Shown here: positions 28,958 through 37,528 of the stretch, piece by piece
How positions within the stretch are numbered: the first letter of the stretch is position 1
Layout of the letters: the number at the start of each line of letters is the position of its first letter
Assembly (NCBI GenBank): GCA_947627935.1
Contig: CANQXY010000005.1
Location: 179-64,178 of the forward strand
Direction of reading: 5' to 3'
DNA: 64,000 nt
From: an uncultured Clostridia bacterium
Lineage (GTDB): Bacteria; Bacillota; Clostridia; TANB77; CAG-508
Position numbers and translations under genes: made by a program
Notes under the pieces: generated by a model
Databases searched by the model: none
The model's input: only the letters and a program-made list of their open reading frames with translations
What the model was told of the DNA's origin: nothing

Positions 28958-29989
28958 TTAACTTTCTTTTTCAATTATATCAATATGTAAATTTAAATCT
29001 TCTTCTGTTGGTAATATACTCAAAATATCTTTTGGTAATACCTTTGAAATCTCATAAGAACTGACTCCTATTGGTTTGTTAATATCTCTTAATGAATATT
29101 CAACTGAAAATTTTGTTTTTTCTCTGCATAATATTATTCCAATTGTTGGATTATCAGTTTCTGTTTTTAGCAAATCATCAACTGCTGATAAATAAAAATT
29201 CAATTTTCCAGCATATTCTGGTTTGTATTCTGTATTCTTTAATTCTACTACTATATAGCAATGCAATTTAGTATGATAAAATAACATATCTATAAAATAT
29301 TCCTTATCATCTACTAAAATTTTATATTGATTTCCAATAAAACTAAAACCATTTCCTAGCTCCAATAAAACTGTTTTTATTTTTTCAACCATTGCTTTTT
29401 CTAATTCTGTTTCTATAAAACTTTCTTTTAAATTTGATAAATTTAAAATATATGGATCTTTCATCATATCTTTTGCTAATTTACTTTGTGTTGCTTGTAA
29501 TGTATTTTTAAAATTATTAGGTTTATCTCCTAAAACTTGGCGTGTATATAAATCACTTTTAATTTGAAATGCTAAATCATCATAACTCCATCCATTTATT
29601 GCAGTTTGTTCTATATACCACTCTCTTTGCTTTTCGTTTTTTATTTTACTAAAAATTAATATATTGTGTGACCAAGGTATCTTTTCAGAAAGTTTTTTAA
29701 GATTATTATTATTTTTACACTCTAAATAATATTTTTTCATATTAAGAAGATTTCTTTCTGAAAAGCCTTTCATATTAGGAAAATTAACTTTTAACTCTAC
29801 TGATAAATTGTTTATAAAGCTATTTCCATATTTAGAATTTTCATCTATTACTTGTCCTAAGTAACAATATAATGCTAACATTCTTATATTTGCACTTTTA
29901 TAAATATCATATTGTGCATTTAATATTTCATTTTTTATATCTTTAAATACTTCTTTAAAATCTTTTTCCAACATTCTATTTTCCTTCAT
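28958..29989 (-). CDS. YhcG-like PDDEXK nuclease domain protein (DUF1016)
   Basis: 343 aa. The N-terminal helical region ends ...FPNMKGFSERNLLNMKKYY. The C-terminal nuclease core is YFIDMLFYHTKLHCYIVVELKNTEYKPEYAGKLNFYL, as in the DUF1016/YhcG family. Confidence 0.8.
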   Translation of the reverse strand: MKENRMLEKDFKEVFKDIKNEILNAQYDIYKSANIRMLALYCYLGQVIDENSKYGNSFINNLSVELKVNFPNMKGFSERNLLNMKKYYLECKNNNNLKKLSEKIPWSHNILIFSKIKNEKQREWYIEQTAINGWSYDDLAFQIKSDLYTRQVLGDKPNNFKNTLQATQSKLAKDMMKDPYILNLSNLKESFIETELEKAMVEKIKTVLLELGNGFSFIGNQYKILVDDKEYFIDMLFYHTKLHCYIVVELKNTEYKPEYAGKLNFYLSAVDDLLKTETDNPTIGIILCREKTKFSVEYSLRDINKPIGVSSYEISKVLPKDILSILPTEEDLNLHIDIIEKES

Positions 29990-30043
29990 ATGCTACCTCT
30001 TTTCTTAAATTATTTAAATTAAAATGCTTATATCTCAATAATT

Positions 30044-30081
30044 TTTTTGAAATTCGCAGACGCATCTGCGAATTTCAAAAA
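30044..30081. repeat. Perfect 17-bp inverted repeat (hairpin) in the DUF1016 leader
   Basis: TTTTTGAAATTCGCAGA-cgca-TCTGCGAATTTCAAAAA. Confidence 0.85.
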
Positions 30082-30140
30082 TATTTATTTTATAAAAAAT
30101 ACTTAAATATTAAAATTTTAACATATAATTCTCCTTAAAT

Positions 30141-30290
30141 TTATAAAAAGAGAGCTAAAATATATATTTTAGCCCCCTATATTAAACTTCGCTTATTTTT
30201 ATTGAGCCGCGAAACGCTCGAATATATCGTTCGCTGTTGTGTCTGAGTCGCGAAACACTCGAATTAATGAATAGCTATTCTTTTATTAGT
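30141..30290 (-). ncRNA. Candidate structured RNA (sRNA or cis-leader) with tandem GC-rich hairpin units and its own promoter and terminator
   Basis: The promoter is TTGACA (30324-30319), 16 nt, TATAAT (30302-30297). No ATG lies between the predicted TSS (~30290) and the terminator. That terminator is a GCTAAAAT/ATTTTAGC stem (30173-30154) followed by CTCTTTTTAT. It contains tandem ~41-nt units with GAGC/GCTC versus GAGT/ACTC stems. The ends are approximate. Confidence 0.45.
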
Positions 30291-30296
30291 ATATTC

Positions 30297-30324
30297 ATTA
30301 TACTATTTTTATTAATTATGTCAA
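30297..30324 (-). promoter_or_regulatory. Consensus SigA promoter immediately downstream of minC
   Basis: On the minus strand: TTGACA, 16 nt, TATAAT. Confidence 0.6.
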
Positions 30325-30377
30325 TATAAATTATTAATTCTATAATCTTTTTTAAATTATTTATTAATTTTTCTAGT

Positions 30378-30989
30378 TTATTCTATTACAATTTCATCTT
30401 TATCTACATATATATATGCTTGTTTATGTAATGGTTCTTCTTCTCTATCTATTTCTTTTACTATATTTGAAATTCTAAGTTGTACAGTATCTAATATTCC
30501 TGCAGATATAATTGCTTGTTTATTTCCTTTAGCCCCTGCATGTGCTAATCCTCTAAGTGTACCTAAAACTACTATATTGTCTCTTGCCATTACTTCAGCA
30601 CCTGAATTAACATCTCCTAAAATAACTATACTTCCTTCTACTTCCATTTTTTGTCCTGATCTTAATGAACCTCTATGAAATTTAGTTTCTGAAACAGCTA
30701 TTTCTTGTTCAAATGTTTTTTTAATATTAGATAATCCAAATCCTTTTGGCATATCAAATTCTATATCAACATCTATTTTTTGTTTTATTAATTCTTGTAA
30801 TTCATCTATCTCTTTATTCTTTAAAACCTTTCCAGTTACTTTTATAGGTGTTGTTGCTCCCTTATATAATTTCTTTAAATCTGGTAGCTTTTTATTAAAA
30901 CTCCACACAATATTACTAAAATCTGCATCTTCATTTATTTTAATTACTATATAATCTTTTTTTAAATTTATTGTTATACAACTTCTCAT
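30378..30989 (-). CDS. minC: Septum site-determining protein MinC
   Basis: 203 aa. The C-terminal beta-helix motif is ILGDVNSGAEVMARDNIVVLGTLRGLAHAGAKGN. It is the last gene of the mreBCD-pbp2 cluster. Confidence 0.9.
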   Translation of the reverse strand: MRSCITINLKKDYIVIKINEDADFSNIVWSFNKKLPDLKKLYKGATTPIKVTGKVLKNKEIDELQELIKQKIDVDIEFDMPKGFGLSNIKKTFEQEIAVSETKFHRGSLRSGQKMEVEGSIVILGDVNSGAEVMARDNIVVLGTLRGLAHAGAKGNKQAIISAGILDTVQLRISNIVKEIDREEEPLHKQAYIYVDKDEIVIE

Positions 30990-31014
30990 TTTTACATCCT
31001 CTCTTTATTTAAAA

Positions 31015-33111
31015 TTAATTTATAACTTCTACATATGGAATAGCTGTCATATCTTCTTGTACATTGTTTGAATTCATACCAAAATATTCTGCCATTATAT
31101 CTCTTACTGCCTCTGCTGTGTAATTACCATGTCCACCATTTTCTACCATTACTACTATAGCAATTTCAGGGTCATTAAATGGTGCAAATCCTGCAAACCA
31201 TGCATTTACATTTTGTCCCGCTTCTGCTGAACCTGTTTTTCCACCAACTTCTATATTAAAATCTTTAAATTTGTCATATGCTGTTCCTCCTGTTTCACTT
31301 GTAACTGATCTCATACCTTCTAATATTGCATTTAGATTTTCTTGGTTAATATTAAGATCTTCTTCTTGGTCATTATTTAATCCTAATTTATTATTTACAA
31401 ATTCATTTATTTCTTCTCTTGAAACTTCAGTTCCATCAGAATTTTGTATTGATTTAACTATTGTAGGATTAACTTTTTTTCCTCCATTTGCAAGCATACT
31501 TATATATTTAACCATTTGTAGAGGAGTAAATTGGTTATCTCCTTGTCCTATTACTGCATTTAGCACATCTCCACCATTCCATGGTTTATTTAATGCCTCT
31601 GACGTTTCTTTACTTGCCACACTTCCTGATGTTTCACTAGGAAGTTCTATTCCTGTTTTAGTTCCAAGTCCAAAATATTTAGCATATTTTACTAAATTAT
31701 CTATTCCCATTCTTCTTGCAGTTTCATAGAAGAAGAAGTTACATGAGTGCTGTATTGCACCTGATACATTAAGCCATCCATGTCCTCTTCCATAGTCTGT
31801 ATAATACCAACATTTCCATGAATTATTTCCTAATCTATATACACCTGTATCATTTATTCTTTCAGTAGTTGTTATTGCTCCTGACTCTAATCCAGCAATG
31901 GCAGATACCATTTTAAATATTGATCCAGGGGCATATGCATCTTGTATTGCTTTATTTCTAAGTGGTTTTGCAGTATTTGTTATATATGAATTCCAATTTT
32001 CAGGGCTTATTCCTCCAACAAATAGTTCTGGTTGATAATCTGGATAACTTGCCATAGCAAGTATTTCACCTGTTTTTACATTCATAACAACACAACTACC
32101 AGCTTTTGTGTCATACCTTTGAGAAAATCCTCCATTTGCTATTTTTTGTATATTGTTTGCTAATGCTTGCTCTGTTATTTTTTGTAAATTTGCATCAATA
32201 GTTAAAACAACATTTGAACCTGCTTTTGCTTCTTCTGTTATGTATTCTGATGTAACAGTTCCGTCTACTGCCATATCTATTTGTCTTATTCCATTTTTAC
32301 CTTTTAGATATTCCTCAAAAACATATTCAATTCCCGATCTACCAATTATATCATTATTATCATATATATCACTTTTTTCTTTATACTCTTCTTCATTAAT
32401 TTGTCCAACATATCCTAATATATGTGAAGCTAAATTACCTGAAGTATATGTTCTTATAGGCTCTGTTACTATGTTTATTCCAGGAAAATCATCTGATCTT
32501 TCACTTAATTCTGCAACTGTTTGTCTACTAATATCTTTTGCGATACTTAATGATTTTGTACTGCTATATCCTTTTTCTGAAATTTCATATCTTATTGCTA
32601 TTATTCTTCTTACATCTTCTATATTCTCATTTTCTATTTTATATTTTATCTTAAATTTATAAAAACAATCTTCTGCTGTTGCATCTTCTTTCATTTTGTT
32701 TTTTTCTTTCCATTTAACAAGTGTATCTCCATCAATTGTAAATGTAAAAGGGTTTATTGTTATAGGGAAAGAATCTGCATACTTTTGTCCATTCTTTTCT
32801 AAAACTTTTGTTAAATCTAATATTGTATTATTTAAAGTTTGAGTATCTATTTTTGTTTTATATAATTCTATACTAAATCCCATTTTAGTACTAGCTAATA
32901 TATTTCCTGTTTTATCTAATATAGTTCCTCTTGAAGCTTCTAATTTACTTTCACGTGAGAGCCTTGTATTCGATTGGTTTCTATAATCTTCTCCTTTTAT
33001 AATTTGTAAGTTGAATAATTGGATAATTAATATTATTCCAACAATATAAATAAAAAGAGATATAGTATTAAATCTTAAATTTATATTTTCTCTAGATATT
33101 CTCTTACCCAA
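31015..33111 (-). CDS. mrdA: Penicillin-binding protein 2 (elongation transpeptidase)
   Basis: 698 aa with an N-terminal TM. Motifs SxxK (GSIFK), SxN (HSCN) and KTG (GKTGSAE) are present. It lies between mreD and minC. Confidence 0.88.
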   Translation of the reverse strand: MGKRISRENINLRFNTISLFIYIVGIILIIQLFNLQIIKGEDYRNQSNTRLSRESKLEASRGTILDKTGNILASTKMGFSIELYKTKIDTQTLNNTILDLTKVLEKNGQKYADSFPITINPFTFTIDGDTLVKWKEKNKMKEDATAEDCFYKFKIKYKIENENIEDVRRIIAIRYEISEKGYSSTKSLSIAKDISRQTVAELSERSDDFPGINIVTEPIRTYTSGNLASHILGYVGQINEEEYKEKSDIYDNNDIIGRSGIEYVFEEYLKGKNGIRQIDMAVDGTVTSEYITEEAKAGSNVVLTIDANLQKITEQALANNIQKIANGGFSQRYDTKAGSCVVMNVKTGEILAMASYPDYQPELFVGGISPENWNSYITNTAKPLRNKAIQDAYAPGSIFKMVSAIAGLESGAITTTERINDTGVYRLGNNSWKCWYYTDYGRGHGWLNVSGAIQHSCNFFFYETARRMGIDNLVKYAKYFGLGTKTGIELPSETSGSVASKETSEALNKPWNGGDVLNAVIGQGDNQFTPLQMVKYISMLANGGKKVNPTIVKSIQNSDGTEVSREEINEFVNNKLGLNNDQEEDLNINQENLNAILEGMRSVTSETGGTAYDKFKDFNIEVGGKTGSAEAGQNVNAWFAGFAPFNDPEIAIVVMVENGGHGNYTAEAVRDIMAEYFGMNSNNVQEDMTAIPYVEVIN

Positions 33112-33127
33112 TTTTTCACCTTCTTTA

Positions 33128-33670
33128 TTAAAAGTATCTTGTTAAAATTTTATTTTCCTTATATTTGTTCTCAATATAATATCCTGCTTTTTGTAATAAT
33201 GGATAAATGATAATTGTAATTATAATATTGTATAATACTTCTACTAGTAATATTTTAATGAATTCAAATATTTCTACGTTAATTGAAAATATAATATAAT
33301 TTATAAAATACATTCCTACTTCATATATTATTGTAGATACCATTACCATTATCATCATAGTTATTCTACTATCTTTAGAAAAGTTCTTATCAAAAATAGA
33401 TCCTATTATTCCTATAGCTCCAAGCATTATTGCAGTAATTCCTATTTTTTTACCTATAAATAAATCTAATAATATTCCTAAAATTACACCATATGTTACA
33501 CCTAATGTTCTATTTGTAAAAAGTGCAATAAATAGTACTAAAATAACAAATATATTTGGCATAACACCTGCTATTTTAAACCATGAAAAGAAGTTTAATT
33601 GTAAAAAATAAATTATAAAAAATGTTAATATTAAAAAAATGTTAATTATTATCTTTTTCAACCACTTCAC
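33128..33670 (-). CDS. mreD: Rod shape-determining protein MreD
   Basis: 180 aa polytopic membrane protein directly after mreC. Confidence 0.8.
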   Translation of the reverse strand: MKWLKKIIINIFLILTFFIIYFLQLNFFSWFKIAGVMPNIFVILVLFIALFTNRTLGVTYGVILGILLDLFIGKKIGITAIMLGAIGIIGSIFDKNFSKDSRITMMIMVMVSTIIYEVGMYFINYIIFSINVEIFEFIKILLVEVLYNIIITIIIYPLLQKAGYYIENKYKENKILTRYF

Positions 33671-33695
33671 TTCACTTTCATACTTTTTGTTATTT

Positions 33696-34514
33696 TTATT
33701 TATTTTTTATAACTAAAACTGTTTCCAATTTATCAAAATCAACTGCTGTTTTTATGACAGCATATCTATCAATATTATTATTTGTATTTACAACTTTTTC
33801 TACAGTACCAATGTGTATACCTTTAGGATATATTCCACCAATTCCTGAAGTTTCTATACTATCTCCTTGTATTATTGTAGTATTTGTAGGTATATACATA
33901 GCTCTTAAACTTGAAGTACTTTCTAGTGTTCCCTTACATACTATACTATCTCTTGTAGTACTCATTAAACTACTTACAGAACTACCACTATCTATTATTG
34001 TTTGAACTTTTGATGTATTATCATCCACAGATATTATATGGCCTACTAATCCTTTATCAGATATTACAGGCATTTTTTCTTCTACTCCATCTTTTTTTCC
34101 TATGCTTATAACTATTGTTCTTGAATAATTACTTATATCTCTATTTACTACATATCCTGGTATTGTTTCATATTTACTAAATTTTTCTGTTAAACTTAAA
34201 TATTCTTTTAAAGTTTCATTTTCTGTTTTTATATTTTCTAACTCTCTTAAACTTTGTTCTAATTGACTATTTTTTTCTTTTAATTGTTTATTTTCATCTT
34301 TTAAGTCATTAATGTCTGTAAAAAATGTACTATTTCCATTTATTTTATTTTTTAAGTATGTTAACCCATTTTGAATAGGCACAACTAATTTACTTGCCAC
34401 ATTTTCTATATATGACAAGTTACTATTTTCTATATTTGTTAATATAACTAGCATTATTAAAATAATAATTGTTAATATTATTCCTAAAATGCCACTTTTT
34501 TTATTTTTATACAT
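33696..34514 (-). CDS. mreC: Rod shape-determining protein MreC
   Basis: 272 aa with an N-terminal TM, a coiled-coil segment (LKDENKQLKEKNSQLEQSLRELEN) and a beta-rich C-terminal domain. It lies between mreB and mreD. Confidence 0.88.
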   Translation of the reverse strand: MYKNKKSGILGIILTIIILIMLVILTNIENSNLSYIENVASKLVVPIQNGLTYLKNKINGNSTFFTDINDLKDENKQLKEKNSQLEQSLRELENIKTENETLKEYLSLTEKFSKYETIPGYVVNRDISNYSRTIVISIGKKDGVEEKMPVISDKGLVGHIISVDDNTSKVQTIIDSGSSVSSLMSTTRDSIVCKGTLESTSSLRAMYIPTNTTIIQGDSIETSGIGGIYPKGIHIGTVEKVVNTNNNIDRYAVIKTAVDFDKLETVLVIKNK

Positions 34515-34568
34515 TTTCTACTAGCCTATATTAGCAAAAAGCTAACATACCTTTCTATTTAATCTTAT

Positions 34569-35600
34569 TTATCTTCTTTTTCTAGAATTTATCAATACTG
34601 TTTTTAATTTTTCTAGATCTTCTAAGGTTTTACCTGTTCCTCTTACAACACAATCTAATGGCTCTTCTGCAATATATACAGGCATTCCTGTTTCATTACT
34701 TAATAGCTTATCTAAATTTTGTATAAGAGCTCCTCCACCTGCTAATACTATACCTTTTTCAATTATATCTGATGCAAGTTCTGGTGGTGTTTTTTCTAAA
34801 GTAAGTTTTACAACATCTACTATTTTTGCTATAGATTCTCTCATTGCCTCTTCTACTTGTACAGAAGTTATAGTAACATTTCTTGGAAGTCCATCTGTTA
34901 AATCTCTTCCTCTTATTTCCATAGATTCTTCTGTCATTAATGGCATTGCACAACCTATTTGCATTTTTATTTGCTCAGCTGTTGTTTCTCCAATAGCTAA
35001 ATTCATTTCTCTTTTTATATAATTTATAATATCTTCATCTAATTCATCTCCAGCAACTCTTAAAGAATTACTAGTTACAATTCCACCTAAAGATATAACT
35101 GCAACTTCAGTTGTACCTCCACCAATATCTACAATTATATTTCCTGTTGGTTCTGCTACATTTAGTGAAGCTCCTATTGCTGCTGCCATTGGTTCTTCTA
35201 TTAAATATACTTCTTTTGCTCCAGCTTGAATTACAGATTCTTCTACTGCTCTTTCTTCTACTTCTGTTATTCCTGATGGAACTCCAACAACTACTCTTGG
35301 TTTTCCTATATTATATCTTTGTGCTATTTTTCTTATTATGTTTTTAAGCATTAATTGAGTTGCTGTAAAGTCAGCAATTACCCCATCTTTTAAAGGTCTT
35401 ACTGCTTTTATTTGCTCTGGTGTTCTACCTAACATTTCTTTTGCTTCATGACCTGTTGCTAATATATTTCCTGATTTTATATCTATAGCAACAACAGATG
35501 GTTCTTTTAAAACAATTCCCTTTCCTCTTAGTGTAACTAATATGTTAGCTGTTCCTAAGTCTATTCCTATGTCTTTTGATCCAATTGTAAAAAGTTTCAT
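34569..35600 (-). CDS. mreB: Rod shape-determining protein MreB
   Basis: 343 aa actin-like ATPase: IGIDLGTANILV, VPSGITEVEERAV, IVDIGGGTTEVAV, GIVLAGGGA. Confidence 0.97.
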   Translation of the reverse strand: MKLFTIGSKDIGIDLGTANILVTLRGKGIVLKEPSVVAIDIKSGNILATGHEAKEMLGRTPEQIKAVRPLKDGVIADFTATQLMLKNIIRKIAQRYNIGKPRVVVGVPSGITEVEERAVEESVIQAGAKEVYLIEEPMAAAIGASLNVAEPTGNIIVDIGGGTTEVAVISLGGIVTSNSLRVAGDELDEDIINYIKREMNLAIGETTAEQIKMQIGCAMPLMTEESMEIRGRDLTDGLPRNVTITSVQVEEAMRESIAKIVDVVKLTLEKTPPELASDIIEKGIVLAGGGALIQNLDKLLSNETGMPVYIAEEPLDCVVRGTGKTLEDLEKLKTVLINSRKRR

Positions 35601-35635
35601 AATTTCATTTTCCTTTCCAAATATATTTATATAAT

Positions 35636-36346
35636 TTAATTAAGCTTTTGTTCTTTTAACTTTTGTGTAAATATACTTGTATATTCCATATTACCTATGA
35701 CTATATGATCTAGTAATTCTATCCCTAGAAGACTAGCAGCATCATATACTCTATCAGTAAATAGTATATCGCTTTTACTTGGAGTTGAATCTCCACTTGG
35801 ATGATTATGAACTAAAATAATTTTAGGCGCCTGCATTTTTACAACTTCGCCTAATACATCTTTTATTTCTATTTTTGCAAAGTTTGCCCCACCTAAAGAT
35901 ATATCTAATATTTTTAAGATAACATTTTTATTGTTTAATATTACTACTTTAGCAATTTCTCTTTTTTGAAATCTTAACTCTTGCATTAATATTTTTGCAA
36001 TATCATATGGTTCTTTTATCTTTATTTTTTTATAATTTGAAGGCTTATTCATTCTTATTGAAAGTTCACATACAGCTTTTAGTTGTATTGCTTTTACTTT
36101 TCCAATTCCATTAATTTTCATGAGCTCTTCTAAAGATAAATCTCTTAAAAAATTTAATTCATCTTCCTGTGGATTTTTATTCAATTTTAAGATTTTATTT
36201 GCCAATTCTATTGATGTTTCTTTTTTAGTTCCACTTTTAATAATTATTGCCAATAATTCTGCATTTGATAAAGTTTTTTCTCCAAATAATTCTAATTTTT
36301 CATATGGTCTTTCACTAATTGGTAATTCTTTTATTTTTAAAGACAA
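35636..36346 (-). CDS. radC: RadC-family JAB/MPN domain protein
   Basis: 236 aa with an HhH region (INGIGKVKAIQLKA) and the JAMM motif HNHPSGDSTPS. It lies upstream of mreB as in many Firmicutes. Confidence 0.9.
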   Translation of the reverse strand: MSLKIKELPISERPYEKLELFGEKTLSNAELLAIIIKSGTKKETSIELANKILKLNKNPQEDELNFLRDLSLEELMKINGIGKVKAIQLKAVCELSIRMNKPSNYKKIKIKEPYDIAKILMQELRFQKREIAKVVILNNKNVILKILDISLGGANFAKIEIKDVLGEVVKMQAPKIILVHNHPSGDSTPSKSDILFTDRVYDAASLLGIELLDHIVIGNMEYTSIFTQKLKEQKLN

Positions 36347-36389
36347 AATATCAATCCTTTCTAAAATTTTATTTTGCCCCTATAATATT

Positions 36390-36647
36390 TTAAACTTTTC
36401 TATATATAAATATAGCTATCCCCATACCTATAATACTTGAAATATTTATCTTAAACATTAACGCAAAAGTAATTTTAACTATATTTAAATCTAATACTAA
36501 AGGATTTTCTAATCCAAATTGTTGTCCGAAACTAAGCCACCATAACCAATCTACTCTTGAAGCTAATTCTCCTAGTAATCCCCCTATTACTAATCCTGAT
36601 AAAATAAATATTATTAAAATCCATATGTTCTTTTCTCTTGTACTCAT
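36390..36647 (-). CDS. DUF4321 small membrane protein
   Basis: 85 aa with two hydrophobic segments. The sequence pattern and the position beside radC are recalled from the clostridial DUF4321 family. Confidence 0.6.
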   Translation of the reverse strand: MSTREKNIWILIIFILSGLVIGGLLGELASRVDWLWWLSFGQQFGLENPLVLDLNIVKITFALMFKINISSIIGMGIAIFIYRKV

Positions 36648-36865
36648 TTTTTTCCTCCATTTATTACTTTTCTTACGGCTATTATTTTTACATTGATATT
36701 ATATATGTTATATGGTGATTTTTCAAGTACTAATTGATTTTTTTATAAAATGTGCTTTTATTTTTTTATTATTTATGCTATATTCTTATTACCAAAATTT
36801 GTTTCTTTAAATATAATAATAATAGTAGTATAATTAAATTAGTACACTTAGGAGGATTATTATTT

Positions 36866-37492
36866 ATGAAGATTGAAAAACTTACAGAAAACAAAATTAG
36901 AATTATTCTTAATTTAGAAGACTTAGAAAAAAATAATATTGACCTACATTCTTTTATGTCTAATTCTGTTGAATCCCAAAACTTATTTATTGATATTTTA
37001 GATAAAGCTGAACATGAAGTAGGATTTACTACTAAAGATTGTAAAATATTAATTGAAGCATTAGCATCTTCTGATGGACACTTTATATTTACAATAACTA
37101 AATATAAAACAAATACTGATAAAGATAAACAAAAAAGAAAAAAATTAACTGTAAAAAGAAAAGTTAATAATATAAATTCTGAAAATGCAATTTATGTATT
37201 TAATACTTTTGAAGAATTTTGTAACTATTGTTCTTACATAAATACTAGTAATTTAAATAATTTAAATGGATTATCCACAAATATTTCATTATATGTGTAT
37301 AATGCTAAATATTATTTAGTTTTTAAAAACATAAATTTATCTTTTAAAAACTTAAAAGGTTTTTATGCTTCTATATGTGAATTTGCAAAATATATAAATC
37401 ATTCTGAAAACTTTGAATCAAAACTTATTGAACATGGAAAATTAATTATGAAAAAAAATGCTATAAAAAAATGTATAGAATATTTTATATAA
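36866..37492 (+). CDS. mecA: Adaptor protein MecA
   Basis: MKIEKLTENKIRIILNLEDLEKNNIDLHSFMSNSVESQNLFIDILDKAEHEVGF matches the MecA N-domain pattern. The ATG at 36866 follows SD TAGGAGGA. The ORF-track start at 36752 adds an implausible hydrophobic extension. Confidence 0.82.
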   Translation: MKIEKLTENKIRIILNLEDLEKNNIDLHSFMSNSVESQNLFIDILDKAEHEVGFTTKDCKILIEALASSDGHFIFTITKYKTNTDKDKQKRKKLTVKRKVNNINSENAIYVFNTFEEFCNYCSYINTSNLNNLNGLSTNISLYVYNAKYYLVFKNINLSFKNLKGFYASICEFAKYINHSENFESKLIEHGKLIMKKNAIKKCIEYFI

Positions 37493-37495
37493 CAA

Positions 37496-37524
37496 AAAAG
37501 GTATCAAATTTTATGATACCTTTT
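37496..37524. terminator. Bidirectional terminator between mecA and the M23 peptidase gene
   Basis: AAAAGGTATCA-aatttta-TGATACCTTTT. Confidence 0.75.
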
Positions 37525-37528
37525 CATT

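Noticed and set aside
30203-30262. 20-codon GTG-started ORF (VFRDSDTTANDIFERFAAQ) running through the two GC-rich hairpins on the minus strand.
   Set aside because: There is no SD upstream and the start is non-ATG. The paired C>T/G>A changes fit an RNA stem better than coding constraint.
34759-34953. Small ORFs nested in core genes: 34759..34953, 22232..22414, 2178..2378, 2795..2992, 3395..3635 and similar.
   Set aside because: All lie inside or antisense to strongly supported genes (mreB, the surface protein, rpoB). They lack SDs and have composition-driven translations.
36752-36865. N-terminal 38-codon extension of mecA suggested by the ORF track.
   Set aside because: The extension is hydrophobic junk (MLLFFYYLCYILITKICFF...) with no SD. 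The internal ATG at 36866 has TAGGAGGA upstream and yields the canonical MecA N-terminus.
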